Part shown: in pieces, positions 48,495-63,049 of the stretch
How the letters are laid out: the number at the start of each line of letters is the position of its first letter
Position numbering within the stretch: the stretch's first letter is position 1
Assembly (NCBI GenBank): GCA_002269645.1
Contig: NIVC01001826.1
Location: forward strand, 62,001 to 126,000
Length of the DNA: 64,000 nucleotides
From: Macrostomum lignano
Taxonomy: Eukaryota
Direction of reading: 5' to 3'
Program-made: the position numbers and the translations under genes
The notes under the pieces: model-generated
Databases searched by the model: none
Seen by the model: the letters and a program-made list of their open reading frames with translations, nothing else
What the model was told of the DNA's origin: nothing

Positions 48495-51289
48495 GACTGA
48501 CTGGCTGACAAACAGGCTGACTTAGTACTTTGCAAATGTCATGAATTTAAACGTAAGACAATAGACTATAGAAAAAAGTATAGATTCCAAAATTTGGCTA
48601 CAAATTAATCTTCTGCAATTACTTGTATCTTATCAGAACTTAGCACTGAGGTAATTCTGTTTAAATTCAACTGGCACCTGAGCACGCACTCATAAACACG
48701 TCACACTGGGTGTACAGTGGCGCTTGACTTTCTAATCATCAAACATGTACTCGTACATGTACAACTCTTTGTCACTTGGGAATTGGCCCTTATGTGTATG
48801 AATCGGGCAAAAAAACCCTTCAACCCTTCAATTTTTATACACAATCTCCAAATTAATGTTGCCATGAGTAGAATCGAACCAGAGGTTACAAGGTCCATGC
48901 AAGATTATTATTAATCAACCTGCTAGACATCATTTTGTTGACATGATAGGAGAGAATCAGCAGGAGTATCTTGTGTCTATGTAGGCATTCTTTACGACTG
49001 GCATTTTTAAGATTTTTGTTGGCTGTGGGCAGCGGCTAAAGTCCGCAAGCTGCGCCATATGTCTATGGCTCAAAAAGCTGCTACAGACTGCTTGTGTGTA
49101 TGCGTTGTCTAGCCGAGCAAAAGAGCAAGAAAGGAGGAGCATTGGAGAGATGAAATAAATAAGAGCCAACATCAACCAACAATACCAACGTGTCAACTGC
49201 CTTAGTGACTCAACCAGGAGACCAACGACAGACCAACAATTTTTGACAAAGCCAATTTGCTATTTAATAATAACATTTTCTGCACTTGCTAGCTCCAAGA
49301 TCATAAATAAGAAGGCAGCAAAGATTTTGTGCACTAGCTTCCACTTAACTTATTCTTGCCATTTAATGCCATAGACTGCATTTAAGCCCACTTGCAGGAC
49401 TTTAATGCTTTAAACTTATTTTAATGCAAATTAGCAGGCAGTTAATGACATTTAATGCCCAATTGTCTATGTCAAACTTACTTTAATGCAAATTAGTAGG
49501 CAGTTAATGACATTTAACACCCAATTATTCTGTCCCACTTTGTCAAGGACACAAATGTCTATGGCACAATAATAGTAATACCCATGCTCTGCAGGCGACC
49601 AAAGAATGAGAAATCCTTAGGCGCCTAATGGCACCCTCTGATTTTCACATTAATGCCCTTAAAGCATGGGTATTAATGTACTATTGTAGACTTCTGGAAC
49701 TGCATTGCCTTTGACACAAATGAAAATTGTCCTTTTATTGCATTTAATCTGAATGTTGCTTGTTCTGTCCTATAGCAAAATTAAAAAATATAATGTGTAT
49801 TAAGTGATCTAAGTGACATTATCACAAAAAAGCTTTAATATATATATACCTAAAGAAGTTACTAGAGCAAACAGCTAGACATCTAGCAGAAACAAAAGAA
49901 GACTCCAAAAGGCTTTTTCAACAGTTGATAAAGGCTTCCAAGAGCAAGAACACCAGGATTAATAATCTGAAGCATTTAGCATTAGAAGGTCCAAAAGAAA
50001 AAACAAAAGGAGACACAGATTTGCTTAAGCTCATCTTGAAATGCAAGATTGCTAAGCTGCTATTGACCTCACTAATCACTAGTAGTAATAGTCTACCTGC
50101 AGGCATAGCTAACAAATGGTTCAAATAGCCCAAAAGCCATATTCTTCAATTAATTTTGTATAATGTTTGTATATATATATATGCATAACTTCTCTGAACT
50201 ACACTAGTTATATGAATTATTTTTTGACCAAAAATGCAACTTACCTATGAAAAAACAAGAAAAATTAATCTAATTTTTGGGTAAATGGCAAAAGTAAGTA
50301 TGACTATATTATTAAGGCTAGTGCTTTGTTGTCTAATTAGTTCTACATCCATCTTTTGGGTAGGCATTGTTGCAACTTACCTTGGCTAGGCCCTTTGCCA
50401 ACTGGCAAAATTGGCCAGGTATTGCGCATGTATGTATTTATACATTACATTTAACTTGAAACTATATCAGTTGTTAGTAAACCTTTAGACCACAATGCTT
50501 ACTTTTATCATTCCTTTGCAGTGATATAATTTGCTACATGTAGATTGTGTTATAAGTCTCTTTGTTCTATCTTAAAGATATCCCATTGCTATGCTACACA
50601 AAAGATATGATAGCACTCTTTTCTGTACTAAGAAATCTCTAATGTCACCAAAGTTGTAATAATACTATTATTTATACTACTACAATCATGCCTAGTATAA
50701 GATGATATGTATATAAAATATATTGATATAATTAGAGATGGAATGAATATCAGATTTTACTGAATCTGAATACCAAATATTCAGATATAAACTTGCCAAA
50801 TAATGAATACCAAATAATGAATATCAAATATCACAACAGTAGATGTTAAAAAAAAGCATTTGACAAATTCCATTTTTCCATTCATCTAGTCTTCCATTTA
50901 AATGTACCCCACAGACGGCAACATTGCAAAGGTACCAGACTGCATTGCATGTTTTATTCTTATTCTTATTTTAAAAAATCTTATTAAATTCTTATTAAAT
51001 TCTTATTTAAAAAATTGAAACAAATTCAAGAATGAAATAAATAGCAAAAAACTGACTTTTAAATATTGAATATGAATACCAAATATTTGTTCAATCTCTA
51101 GACATAATACTAATATTATTTATTTAACTTTATATATTAATGAGGCCAACTCTTCTGTTGGAGGAGAAAGGGAAAGAACTCTTATCACTGGAATCCTATG
51201 CCTGAAATCCATCAGCTAAATCCTATGATCTGAATCTTATTATCTAAGTCCTTTTTATAAAATCTATCAAAATCCCCTCTATGAAACAA

Positions 51290-51500
51290 AAATCCCTTAA
51301 AATCCTCTCCGTGAAATAGAAATCTCTCAAAATCTTTTCCATGAAATAGAAATCCCTAAAAATCTTCTTCATGAAATAGAAATCTATCAAAATCCTTTTT
51401 TTAAATAGATATTTATTAAAATCCTCTCCATGAAACTAATATTCATCAAAATTCACTTTGTTAAACAAATATCTATCAATACTATCTCCTTGAAGCAGAA
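51290..51500. repeat. Degenerate ~30-bp repeat (AAATCCTCTCCATGAAATAGAAATC)
   Basis: Direct reading. Confidence 0.7.
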
Positions 51501-53807
51501 ATCCATCAATTTAATCAATAATCTGTTAAATTAGAGTGTATTAAAAAGGCTTTCTAATTGTTTAGCTTAAATACATGCAAAGAAAAGGATTCAGTGTTTA
51601 AGGTTATAGCTAGAGCTGCATAGTGCTGCCTGTTGAAAGGCACCAATAATAAAAAATTGAACCAATTGAACCAGTTAATTGCAAAATTGATTCTTCAGTC
51701 AGTCATTATCAGTCAGTTAAAGTTACCAAAATGATTATATAATCTAAATCAACCCTCCAATATACAATGGCAGTTAGAAGTTGAAGCCTCTAAATTTATC
51801 TATTGCATCTCACAAAAATAAGTACAATCTTTACAGAAAATTAAAAGTATAGAAATCATTTTTGAATATTGTGCTTTTAGTTTTTATACTTAAAGCAAAC
51901 AAATTATATCCCTAAACTCAACATTGAAAGATCTTTCTAGCAATATAAGTCTCTTCTCTTAAAGTTCAAAACTTAATGTCTTAAGGAATAGTTTGTGTTT
52001 GAATTTTTCTAGTTTAAAAGCATTGAATTTTTTAGTGTATATTCATTGCCTCTTGCCTGCTATTGTGAGAAGCTTGCAAATTTATGCATTGAATTTCACT
52101 GTCCACCACCACTAGTTAGCAAGGGTCCAAGTACATATGCAGCTATTTAGAATGCCTCTATCCTCCCACTAGAGAGAAAATACACTGGCAAGATAAGAAA
52201 AAGTTGTGGCATAATCACTCAAAATTGATGCAAATTTTTAGTTTAGAGCAGAGAAAGGCCAAAGAAAACTAAGAAAACAGTTTTCTGATTTTTTAATAGA
52301 CTTAATTTTGAAAATTTAAACATTAAAATAGCCTATTTGTTGTGAAGGAAAATTTTGCATTGATATTTATATTTCCGTGGCCACATTTGAGTTGCCAGCT
52401 GTCTAGGAGGAGATATGCATTAGGCATCAAGGGACAAGTAGTCACTGCACGTCAAGTCATGATCATCGAACATTAACCTTTGAACTAAAAATCAAAGTAA
52501 ATAGCCACATAGGATACTGATTCAAGTTTTTATTAGGTCTAATTTTGAAGATAAGAGCTTGATAGTCTTAAAAGTAGAAGTAAGTTTTGCAAGACAAGTA
52601 TAAATACTACTTTTTGTTAAACTAGTTAACAGCGAAAATTTAATAACACGAGTACTTCAAATTTCTCTTTTTCCAAGACAGCTCGATTGCCAAACTCTGG
52701 AGTTCACATTGATTTTAAAAAGAGTTTATGTTTTGTTTTTTGCTCACGAATCTTTACGGGCTCCAAATAGCATAATTGCTGTTGCTTTATAAAATAGCGG
52801 TCAGAAAAAATTGATGTGTATTGCCTGTAACTGAAAATCTGTTATCTCACGCGCAGTGTGCAAAACCGACGTGAGAGCCATGTAGTTAATTGCAAATTAT
52901 TGGTTTTTCGCTTCTGAGTTTTCATTTCATATTTCATTCTTCAGTATCCATAACAATTAATATGAAAAGCAAAGCGATCGTTGAAGTGCTGCAAGGAAGT
53001 TAGTTAAAATAAATAGGTTTGAGTATTTCATTTTGCCTAATTTAGTCCACAGGTGACAGGCAAAAGTGCATTTATATGAAATTTGAATTTGAGTTTATAA
53101 GTATCAGTGGCCAATGGGGGGCCAATTGCCTGGGGGTGACTGACGGAGGTCTTTCCAGAGGCGACTATCCAGAGAGAACCCCAAAAAAGTACTTTGTTGT
53201 CGCAACTTGTCGGTGCACGATACTTCCCCTGGTCTTTCGGCGTCCTCCGGCCCCCAATGGAAAATCCTGCGTACGCCAATGATAAGTATATTGGTTTATC
53301 GTCTAAATTTTTATCTCGTTATTAATGCATCACTTGTAAACAATTTTTATGCATATTTTATTGCACTTCCAACCTCTTTAATTCAACTTGTTTTTCTAAT
53401 TCAAAACTAGCTCGTAAATTTTGGAAACTAAAGAAAACTGAACAAACTAAATATCTATTGCAGGCAGAAGAAAAATTATGTATTTGAAGTTCTTCAAGAA
53501 ATTAACCATTTGGAAGCCAAAGGCCTGCACTGCAGGCCATACCGAAACGGCCCAGAAACCCAGAGATTGAAAAATGTCTATGGCATCAAAAACCATCTCC
53601 CAATCACTAAAGCAAGTGCCCAGTATGGCCTGCTGTGCAGGCCATGACTGATTTAAAGACGTCCATTATGCATTTCCATTGTGTTTTCACTCAAATGGGA
53701 AATGTTAAAGGGGAATTAAAGCGTGGATGAATTAGCATGGATCTGGACAGAGACCAGGATTTCCGGGACATTGGCTGCAGCAAAATACTGTCTTCTTAGC
53801 TGGAACG

Positions 53808-54155
53808 TCAGGTTTCAAATTCGGAATCGTTTGCTTGGGCGAGTCTGGGCTTCCGTTGCTGGGAGTCGTCCGTGTATATGTGGTATCCTTCGCCCAGCAC
53901 TTCGCGGCTAAGCTCAGCAACAACTCTCGCTCTCTTCCTCGCCATTTTATGCACTCTCCTGCTGGAACTCCCTGACTGCCAACCACATTCGCTCATTAGT
54001 CCATGTGACAAGACTGTGGTGATAAACTCTTCAGTCAGGATCAATTTCTGGATCCATGCCTTCCGACTCCGTTTCTGACTCAAAAACCGTCGAGTCATTG
54101 CTTGATAAAGCGTCTTCCGAATCGGAATCGAGTCCCAGTCTACGCAAGGCGTCAC
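53808..54155 (-). mobile_element. Possible decayed piggyBac-family transposase fragment
   Basis: RVVAELSREVLGEGYHIYTD resembles the PGBD segment leading to a catalytic Asp (GYHLYxDNFY). Similarity is lost right after the Asp and no termini were identified. Confidence 0.4.
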
Positions 54156-54260
54156 TTTTAGCTGTCCTATTCGGCCGCGTAAAAGCCATTTGTGGGTAGG
54201 AAGGTTTGAACAGGAGCTAGCTGAAAAACTATGTGATATACTTTACTTCTGGGCTTCTAG

Positions 54261-55070
54261 GGTGTGCACTCGATTCAGCAAAAAAGACAAATTTGTCTAT
54301 GGACTGCTCTGCAGGCCTTTGGGCTTTTAAGCCATCTTACAGAACCAAGCTTGGGCGCGAAGTGGTTAAACAATTTTCTATTTTTTGGATTCAACTCAGA
54401 ATCAGCATCAGGTAAAATATGCATTTTTGCCTTTTTTAAAAGTTTGCATTTCAAAGTTAATACATTTTTAATTAAAATCGAGTATTTTTTTATAATTTTA
54501 GTTTTCTGCACAATATTATTAATGTTTGCTGTGGCTTCAGCACTTAACCAATGGCTTATGTCTTCTCAGAAGTTTTTACTGGTGTATGCTCTTTCTCGCA
54601 TATGCAAAAGTGGCTTTGCAGTTGACTCTGTTGTCATTGCCCAATCAAATCAAATTAAATTATTTTGACAGGAAAACTCAGGTACATAGATGATTTGGAT
54701 TTTTAAATTACATTGCGTGTTTTTTATCATCATACTAAATAGATGTCTTACAATCCTTGTCCCACAGACTAATCTATCTGGCTGCCAATTCATTCTGCAA
54801 TTAATTCGCGTCTCCCTATCAGCCCTGCTGATGTATTGCGCAATGTCATACAATGCCGCCGTCCTACTATCAGTAGTGCTGGGCAGCACAATTGGCTATT
54901 TTCTATCGCAGTGGAAAAAGCATCGCCTGCCAGCTTTCATGGAAGCGTTTGGCATCGACTGCGAGGCTCTGCAGGTTAATTCCAATGAAACCTTTGTCAC
55001 GCACAACAGTAGCTCAGGTGGCACAAAAAACTGCACACCACCCGAGGGTGTTCATCTGCAGAAACTATAA
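54261..55070 (+). CDS. Divergent Ctr/SLC31-like copper transporter; candidate exons 54261-54411, 54502-54581, 54768-55070 (5' end unresolved)
   Basis: Three hydrophobic segments, with TM2 ending in MxxxM (LLMYCAMSYN) and TM3 carrying GxxxG (VVLGSTIGYFL), the two Ctr hallmarks at typical spacing. Exon phases are compatible. No start codon was found. Confidence 0.6.
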
Positions 55071-55319
55071 GCAACCCGGATATTCGATTCGCATTGATGA
55101 AAAAATTGGCTTTGTGAAGGTTAAGCAGAAATGGTCACGGTTAGTACTTGGTTATTAGTAAAATTCTGGCAGGGGCGGAGTCACCGCGGGGGGGGAACAG
55201 GGGGTCATTTCCCACCCCCCAGTAAAAGCTATGGGGAGACATGCCAATGCTTTGTCACCCCAACCCACCTTGTGACTCGTTATGGACAGCAATAATTTTG
55301 CTTCCGGGCAATAAAGCAT

Positions 55320-55725
55320 ATTGCCTGAGGCGCTAAAATGAGTGCCTGCGACGCTAAAATGAGTGCCTGCTGCGCTAAAATGAGTTCCTGCGGCGCTAAA
55401 ATGAGTGCCTGCTGCGCTAAAATGAGTGCCTGCGGCGCTAAATGAGTGCCTGCGGCGCTAAAATGAGTGCCTGCGGCGCTAAATTGAGTGCCTGCTGCGC
55501 TAAAATGAGTGCCTGCGGCGCTAAGATGAGTGCCTGCTGCGCTAAAATGAGTGCCTGCGGCGCTAAGATGAGTGCCTGCGGCGCTAAGATGAGTGCCTGC
55601 GGCGCTAAAATGAGTGACTGCGGCGCTAAAATGAGTGCCTGCGACGCTAAAATGAGTGCCTGCGGCGCCTAAACGAGTGCCTGCGGCGCTAAAATGAGTG
55701 CCTGCGGCGCTAAAATTGCCTGCGG
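55320..55725. repeat. 21-bp minisatellite (GCTAAAATGAGTGCCTGCGGC)
   Basis: Direct reading. Confidence 0.95.
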
Positions 55726-56399
55726 TGCCGATTCTGACAATAATGCGCATGTGGAACTCCTAGCTTTGTCCCCCATCCACTATAAACTCCATGGCGACGC
55801 CCCTGCATGCCGGCACTGTTTCTGCGACTGCGCACTTCCAGTCACATTTCTCTGTCCGTTTCTGCCTGTCCTCTTTTTTAGCGATGTTCTGTAGCGTTGG
55901 AAAAAAATACAACCTTATTTACTTGAAAGTACATGTAATGCGGTTGCTATTTGGGGCATTCATTCTGGATTCATGTGCCTGAACTAAAATTTGTTCTCAC
56001 TCGCGATCGCTTTTTACAGTTGTATTTTTTTCGAATGGATCATTTTACTATATTTCTGCTTACGCAGTCGTTTTTTTTCACTGTCGCTTTTTAATCACCA
56101 TTTTTTATCATTTTCCTACATTCACTTGTCTGTCTACTAAAAGTAGCGATCTAAGAGTAGTAGCGAAGTGATCAGCTGGGCAACGAATTGGCATTTCAAT
56201 TATTTTCTACACTGTACAAGTAAACAGTTGCTTTTTTTTAAAGTTTTCATACAAAAATAGTTACTGCATGTTGTAACGATTTATACAAACAAACAACTGC
56301 TTTTGAAAAAGTTTGCATTGGTTATTAACACATTTCATGCGGCTCTGTTACATGATTTGTTTCGGAAAAAATGTTTACTTTATTTTTGTTGTACCTCTC

Positions 56400-56650
56400 G
56401 TAATATTGTCATTGTTGTCATTGTTGTTGCCACTGTTGTTGTCGTTGTTGTTGTCATTGTTGTTGCCATTGTTGTCATTTTTGTCATTGCTGTCATTGTT
56501 GCTGTCATTGTTGTTATCATTGCTGTCATTGTTGTCATTGCTGTCATTGCTGTTGTCATTGTTGTTGTCGTTATTGCCACTTTGCTGTCGCAGTTCTTGT
56601 TGTTATTGCCTGCTGCTATTTTAGCTGGTTGTTCTGTCTGCTGTTATAAC
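56400..56650. repeat. (GTT/GTC/ATT)n degenerate trinucleotide tract
   Basis: Direct reading. Confidence 0.85.
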
Positions 56651-57459
56651 TGCTGATTCTATCATAGCTATTGTAATTCAAGTCAATCAGTTGCTAAAAT
56701 ATAAGTTACCTCTTTGTCTACGTAACATACTACTTACGAGTATTAAGGCAGTCTTGGTACTAACTTTCCTAATGAGTGCAAGAGTGATGCGAAAGTTTAA
56801 AAAAAACTCCTTCCTGCACAAACTCTAAGAAAGCTCCAAAAATTATACACAGAAGTCATGTGACCGAAACAGGCGATAGTGCATATTCACGAAATCAACT
56901 TTCAGCTGCAGTCTTTTTTCAATCTCTCATCTGTCTGCACCGGTTCCCACGCCTAGCTGAATTGTAAATAAATCGCTGCAGCAGCAGTTCTCATGAGAGA
57001 CAGATTATAGCTAGTTGTTCACTTCACAAGCAGCTATGTTTATAAGCGTTGATCTGACACGGTTGCACGCAGCATTTCTATATTTCGTATAGCAACAGGG
57101 GGGGGGGGATTTCTTGACAGATTGCAGGCGGGGCTTGCCGCTGATGGTGTCAAGTTTGCACTCTGCTGCTGCTGCATGAGCTCCCCTTCCCTTCTGACAT
57201 TGTGCTTCTGCACTAGTGAGGAGATCAGGTGACACTCGTGTGAAGTAAGATTGAAAACAGTCAAAGATCAAAATCTGCTTGCTTCCAGTTATTCATGCTG
57301 CGGCTGCCGTTTCGCGTTCTCACCATTTGGGTCTGGGTTCCGTTTCTGTTGCCCCTGCGGACTGTGGGCTTCTCGTGCGGTTGATAATGTGTTTGATTTC
57401 AGAGATCAGCTGACAGCTGTGTTGGCCTGTGCTGCCATTTTCTGTCTCGAGATATTTTA

Positions 57460-57900
57460 ATCTCCTCTCTCCCCTCTCCTCTCTCCTCTCTCGTCTCTTC
57501 TCTCCTTTCTTCTCTTTCTTCTCTCCTCTCTGATCTCTACTCTCTCTTCTCTCCTCTCTCCTCTCTCCTCTCTCCTCTCTCCTCTCTCCTCTCTCCTCTC
57601 TCCTCTCTCCTCTCTCCTCTCTCCTCTCTCCTCTCTCCTCTCTCCTCTCTCCTCTCTCCTCTCTCCTCTCTCCTCTCTCCTCTCTCCTCTCTCCTCTCTC
57701 CTCTCTCCTCTCTCCTCTCTCTCTCCTCTCTCCTCTCTCTCTCTCTCTCTCTCTCCTCTCTCCTCTCTCCTCTCTCCTCTCTCCTCTCTCTCTCTCTCCT
57801 CTCTCCTCTCTCCTCTCTCCTCTCTCCTCTCTCCTCTCTCCTCTCTCCTCTCTCCTCACTCCTCTCTTCTCTCTCCTCCCCTCTACCCTCTCCTCTTTAA
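57460..57900. repeat. (TCCTCTC)n polypyrimidine tract
   Basis: Direct reading. Confidence 0.96.
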
Positions 57901-58599
57901 TCTACCCCCCCACACTATGCCTTTTTTATTATCTCAAACCCACGTCCTTGCCTGACGGATTATCGACAAAAAAGCAGACTCCAATCAATGCAATTGGCAG
58001 AAACTATAAACAAGCAACAGGCGCTGCTGCTAGCAAGTGGAAAAAATTGAAATCCAACGCAAACTATGAGGACAAACTCTGTTGTAAATCTTGGACAAAA
58101 AAAACAAAGAAGGGTCGGCCCTTGGGCTTTTTTAGCAAACTAAAAAAATCTAGTAGTACTATAGTTAGCAATAAAAATACTTTGATGGAGGAAGTTGAGC
58201 GTAACAATAAACTGATTTGTGACTCAGTCAGCGTTTATAAAAGCTGAAGCCCCTCAATAAACTGCGCCGCATTTTTTGTAGTCGTAAAACTTTAGGCTTG
58301 TTTTTTAGAGCTATTAAGGATGCTTGCAGGCGGGTGGTAATTTACAATGGCCCGCTTAATTATACTGCCAGTTGGGAGTCTACAGATTGTAAAATCCTGA
58401 AAATTTATTGCCGAATTCGAACAGAAAATCATTATAAAATGGCGAGCTGGGGGGGGCAATTAAAATAATAATAAAAACTGCAAGAATGTTTTATGCGCTT
58501 CCACTATGCACAGGCCTCGCTTGATTATCGCTCTTCTACTCCCTACATTTGCATCGTTAATCTCTTCTCCTTTTCCCCTGCTTCTCTACATCATGTCCT

Positions 58600-60400
58600 T
58601 ACTAGCGCCGCTCTCTCCCACCTCCTGTCCTTCAGGTTGCACCGCTCTCTCCCACCTCCTGTCCTTCAGGTACCTCTGCTCTCTCCCACCTCCTGTCCTT
58701 CAGGTAGCGCCGCTCTCCCCCACCTCCTGTCCTTCAGGTACCTCTGCTCTCTCCCACCTCCTGTCCTTCAGGTAGCGCCGCTCTCCCCCACCTCCTGTCC
58801 TTCAGGTACCTCTGCTCTCTCCCACCTCCTGTCCTTCAGGTAGCGCCGCTCTCTCCCACCTCCTGTCCTTCAGGTAGCGCCGCTCTCCCCCACCTCCTGT
58901 CCTTCAGGTAGCGCCGCTCTCCCCCACCTCCTGTCCTTCAGGTAGCGCCGCTCTCTCCCACCTCCTGTCCTTCAGGTAGCGCCGCTCTCTCCCACCTCCT
59001 GTCCTTCAGGTTGCGCCGCTCTCCCCCACCTCCTGTCCTTCAGGTAGCGCCGCTCTCCCCCACCTCCTGTCCTTCAGGTAGCGCCGCTCTCCCCCACCTC
59101 CTGTCCTTCAGGTAGCGCCGCTCTCCCCCACCTCCTGTCCTTCAGGTAGCGCCGCTCTCCCCCACCTCCTGTCCTTCAGGTAGCGCCGCTCTCCCCCACC
59201 TCCTGTCCTTCAGGTAGCGCCGCTCTCTCCCACCTCCTGTCCTTCAGGTAGCGCCGCTCTCTCCCACCTCCTGTCCTTCAGCTAGCGCCGCTCTCTCCCA
59301 CCTCCTGTCCTTCAGGTAGCGCCGTTCTCTCCCACCTCCTGTCCTTCAGGTATCTCTGCTCTCTCCCACCTCCTGTCCTTCAGGTAGCGCCGCTCTCTCC
59401 CACCTCCTGTCCTTCAGGTAGCGCCGCTCTCTCCCACCTCCTGTCCTCCAGGTACCTCTGCTCTCTCCCACCTCCTGTCCTTCAGGTAGCGCCGCTCTCT
59501 CCCGCCTCCTGTCCTTCAGGTAGCGCCGCTCTCTCCCACCTCCTGTCCTCCAGGTACCTCTGCTCTCTCCCACCTCCTGTCCTTCAGGTAGCGCCGCTCT
59601 CTCCCACCTCCTGTCCTTCAGGTAGCGCCGCTCTCTCCCACCTCCTGTCCTTCAGGTAGCGCCGCTCTCTCCCACCTCCTGTCCTCCAGGTACCTCTGCT
59701 CTCTCCCACCTCCTGTCCTTCAGGTAGCGCCGCTCTCTCCCACCTCCTGTCCTTCAGGTAGCGCCGCTCTCTCCCACCTCCTGTCCTTCAGGTATCTCTG
59801 CTCTCTCCCACCTCCTGTCCTTCAGGTAGCGCCGCTCTCTCCCACCTCCTGTCCTTCAGGTATCTCTGCTCTCTCCCACCTCCTGTCCTTCAGGTAGCGC
59901 CGCTCTCTCCCAACTTCTGTCCTTCAGGTAGCGCCACTGCCCCCACCTCCTGTCCTTCAGTTAGCGCCGTTCTCTCCCACCTGTCCTTCAGGTTGCACCG
60001 CTCTCTCCCACCTCCTGTCCTTCAGGTACCTCTGCTCTCTCCCACCTCCTGTCCTTCAGGTAGCGCCGCTCTCCCCCACCTCCTGTCCTTCAGGTACCTC
60101 TGCTCTCTCCCACCTCCTGTCCTTCAGGTAGCGCCGCTCTCCCCCACCTCCTGTCCTTCAGGTACCTCTGCTCTCTCCCACCTCCTGTCCTTCAGGTAGC
60201 GCTGCTCTCTCCTACCTCCTGTCCTTCAGGTAGCGCCGCTCTCTCCCACCTCCTGTCCTTCAGGTAGCGCCGCTCTCCCCCACCTCCTGTCCTTCAGGTA
60301 GCGCCGCTCTCTCCCACCTCCTGTCCTTCAGGTAGCGCCGCTCTCTCCCACCTCCTGTCCTTCAGGTAGCGCCGCTCTCTCCCACCTCCTGTCCTTCTGT
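58600..60400. repeat. 33-bp minisatellite (TCAGGTAGCGCCGCTCTCTCCCACCTCCTGTCCT), about 54 copies
   Basis: Direct reading. Confidence 0.97.
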
Positions 60401-60879
60401 GACTGTGCTTATCCCTATCGCTATAAATCCTAAATCACTGTCTGCCCATATTGCAGTCAGTTGATCACCAGTTGTACATACAGCTGTTAAACTGTATATC
60501 TGAGCAACCCAATCAATTAAGCATACTATAACACCCACAGCTTTCAACCCCACGATAAGAGCAACGGTAACTGCATGGGCGTGGGGCGTTGGAATTCTGC
60601 GTGTGTATGTTTTTTTCGAATTCAATGGTAGCCGAGATTGGGGTTTTGCATGAGAATGACAGCTCGAATTATCTGACACACAGGCACTAAGACCTTTTTT
60701 CGACGCATTTTACTCGTACTTGACGAAAAATCTACAGAACTAAAATAGTGACATAATCTTGTCTGACACCTCTGACAGTTATGTCACTCTCAAGGCATTT
60801 CTTTTTTCTAATTCAGTCCTCTGGCCACCACCTGACACATTCTGTTTCTTGCATATTCTTATAGTATTATCTCAAACCT

Positions 60880-62800
60880 TTTTCTAACAAAGACTCTGAC
60901 ACACTGCTGACACATTTAACTGGAATGTGACACTCCTGACACATATTAGTGGACTCTGACACTCCTGACACATTGTACTGGACCCTGACACTCCTGACAC
61001 ATTTTACTGGACTCTGACGCTCCTGACACATTTTAGTGGACTCTGACACTCCTGACACATTTTAGTGGACTCTGACACTCCTGACACATTGTACTGGACC
61101 CTGACACTCCTGACACATTTTACTGGACTCTGACGCTCCTGACACATTTTAGTGGACTCTGACACTCCTGACACATTTTAGTGGACTCTGACACTCCTGA
61201 CACATTGTACTGGACCCTGACACTCCTGACACATTTTAGTGGACTCTGACACTCCTGACACATTGTACTGGACCCTGACACTCCTGACACATTTTACTGG
61301 ACTCTGACGCTCCTGACACATTTTAGTGGACTCTGACACTCCTGACACATTTTAGTGGACTCTGACACTCCTGACACATTGTACTGGACCCTGACACTCC
61401 TGACACATTTTACTGGACTCTGACGCTCCTGACACATTTTAGTGGACTCTGACACTCCTGACACATTTTAGTGGACTCTGACACTCCTGACACATTGTAC
61501 TGGACCCTGACACTCCTGACACATTTTAGTGGACTCTGACACTCCTGACACATTTTACTGGACTCTGACACTCCTGACACATTTAACTGGACTCTGACAC
61601 ACTCCTGACACATTTAACTGGACTCTGCCACACTCCTGACACATTTTACTGGACTCTGACACTCCTGACACATTTTACTGGACTCTGCCACACTCCTGAC
61701 ACATTTAACTGGACTCTGACACACTCCTGACACATTTTACTGGAATGTGACACTCTTGACATATTTTACTGGACTCTGACACACTCCTGACACATTTTAC
61801 TGGATTCTGACACTCCTGACACATTTTACTGGACTCTGCCACACTCCTGACACATTTTACTGGACTCTGCCACACTCCTGACACATTTAACTGGACTCTG
61901 CCACACTCTTGACACATTTAACTGGACCCTGCCACACTCCTGAAACATTTAACTGGACTCTGACACACTCCTGACACATTTAACTGGACTCTGCCACACT
62001 CCTGACACATTTAACTGGACTCTGACACACTCCTGACACATTTTACTGGAATGTGACACTCTTGACATATTTTACTGGACTCTGACACACTCCTGACACA
62101 TTTTACTGGACTCTGACACTCCTGACACATTTTACTGGACTCTGACACACTCCTGACTCATTTAACTGGATTCTGACACTCCTGACACATTTTACTGGAC
62201 TCTGCCATACTCCTGACACATTTTACTGGACTCTGCCACACTCCTGACACATTTAACTGGACTCTGCCACACTCCTGACACATTTAACTGGACTCTGCCA
62301 CACTCCTGACACATTTAACTGGACTCTGCCACACTCTTGACACATTTAACTGGACCCTGCCACACTCCTGAAACATTTAACTGGACTCTGCCACACTCCT
62401 GACACATTTAACTGGACTCTGCCACACTCCTGACACATTTAACTGGACTCTGACACACTCCTGACACATTTTACTGGAATGTGACACTCTTGACATATTT
62501 TACTGGAGTGTGACACTCCTGACACATTTTACTGGACTCTGACACACTCCTGACACATTTAACTGGATTCTGACACTCCTGACACATTTTACTGGACTCT
62601 GACACTCTAGACACATTTTACTGGACTCTGCCACACTCCTGACACATTTAACTGGACTCTGCCACACTCCTGACACATTTAACTGGACTCGGCCACACTC
62701 CTGACACATTTTACTGGACCCTGACACTCCTGACACATTTTACTGGAATGTGACACTCCTGACACATTTAACTGAACTTTGAAACACTCCTGACACAAAA
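60880..62800. repeat. ~29-31-bp minisatellite (CTGACACTCCTGACACATTTTACTGGACT)
   Basis: Direct reading. Confidence 0.97.
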
Positions 62801-63018
62801 TCATAATTTTCCTTGATGTTTTTGTACTTCAGTCAGCTGAACTCAGCAGTACAGCATGCACATTCGCTATTTTCTTCTAATTCCGGGTTTGTTAAACGGA
62901 GCCGCTCTCTGTCTCGCAATGCCCCGTGGCAAGTCCAACTTGAACACAACTTGCCCAACTATAATATACAGAGTAGCGCATTGACTGACAGGAGAGTGAA
63001 GTCGGGGGGAAGGGGTTG

Positions 63019-63049
<31 letters not shown>

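Noticed and set aside
57000-58250. Possible exon or transposase fragments around the CT tract
   Set aside because: No recognisable motif and no consistent splice structure.
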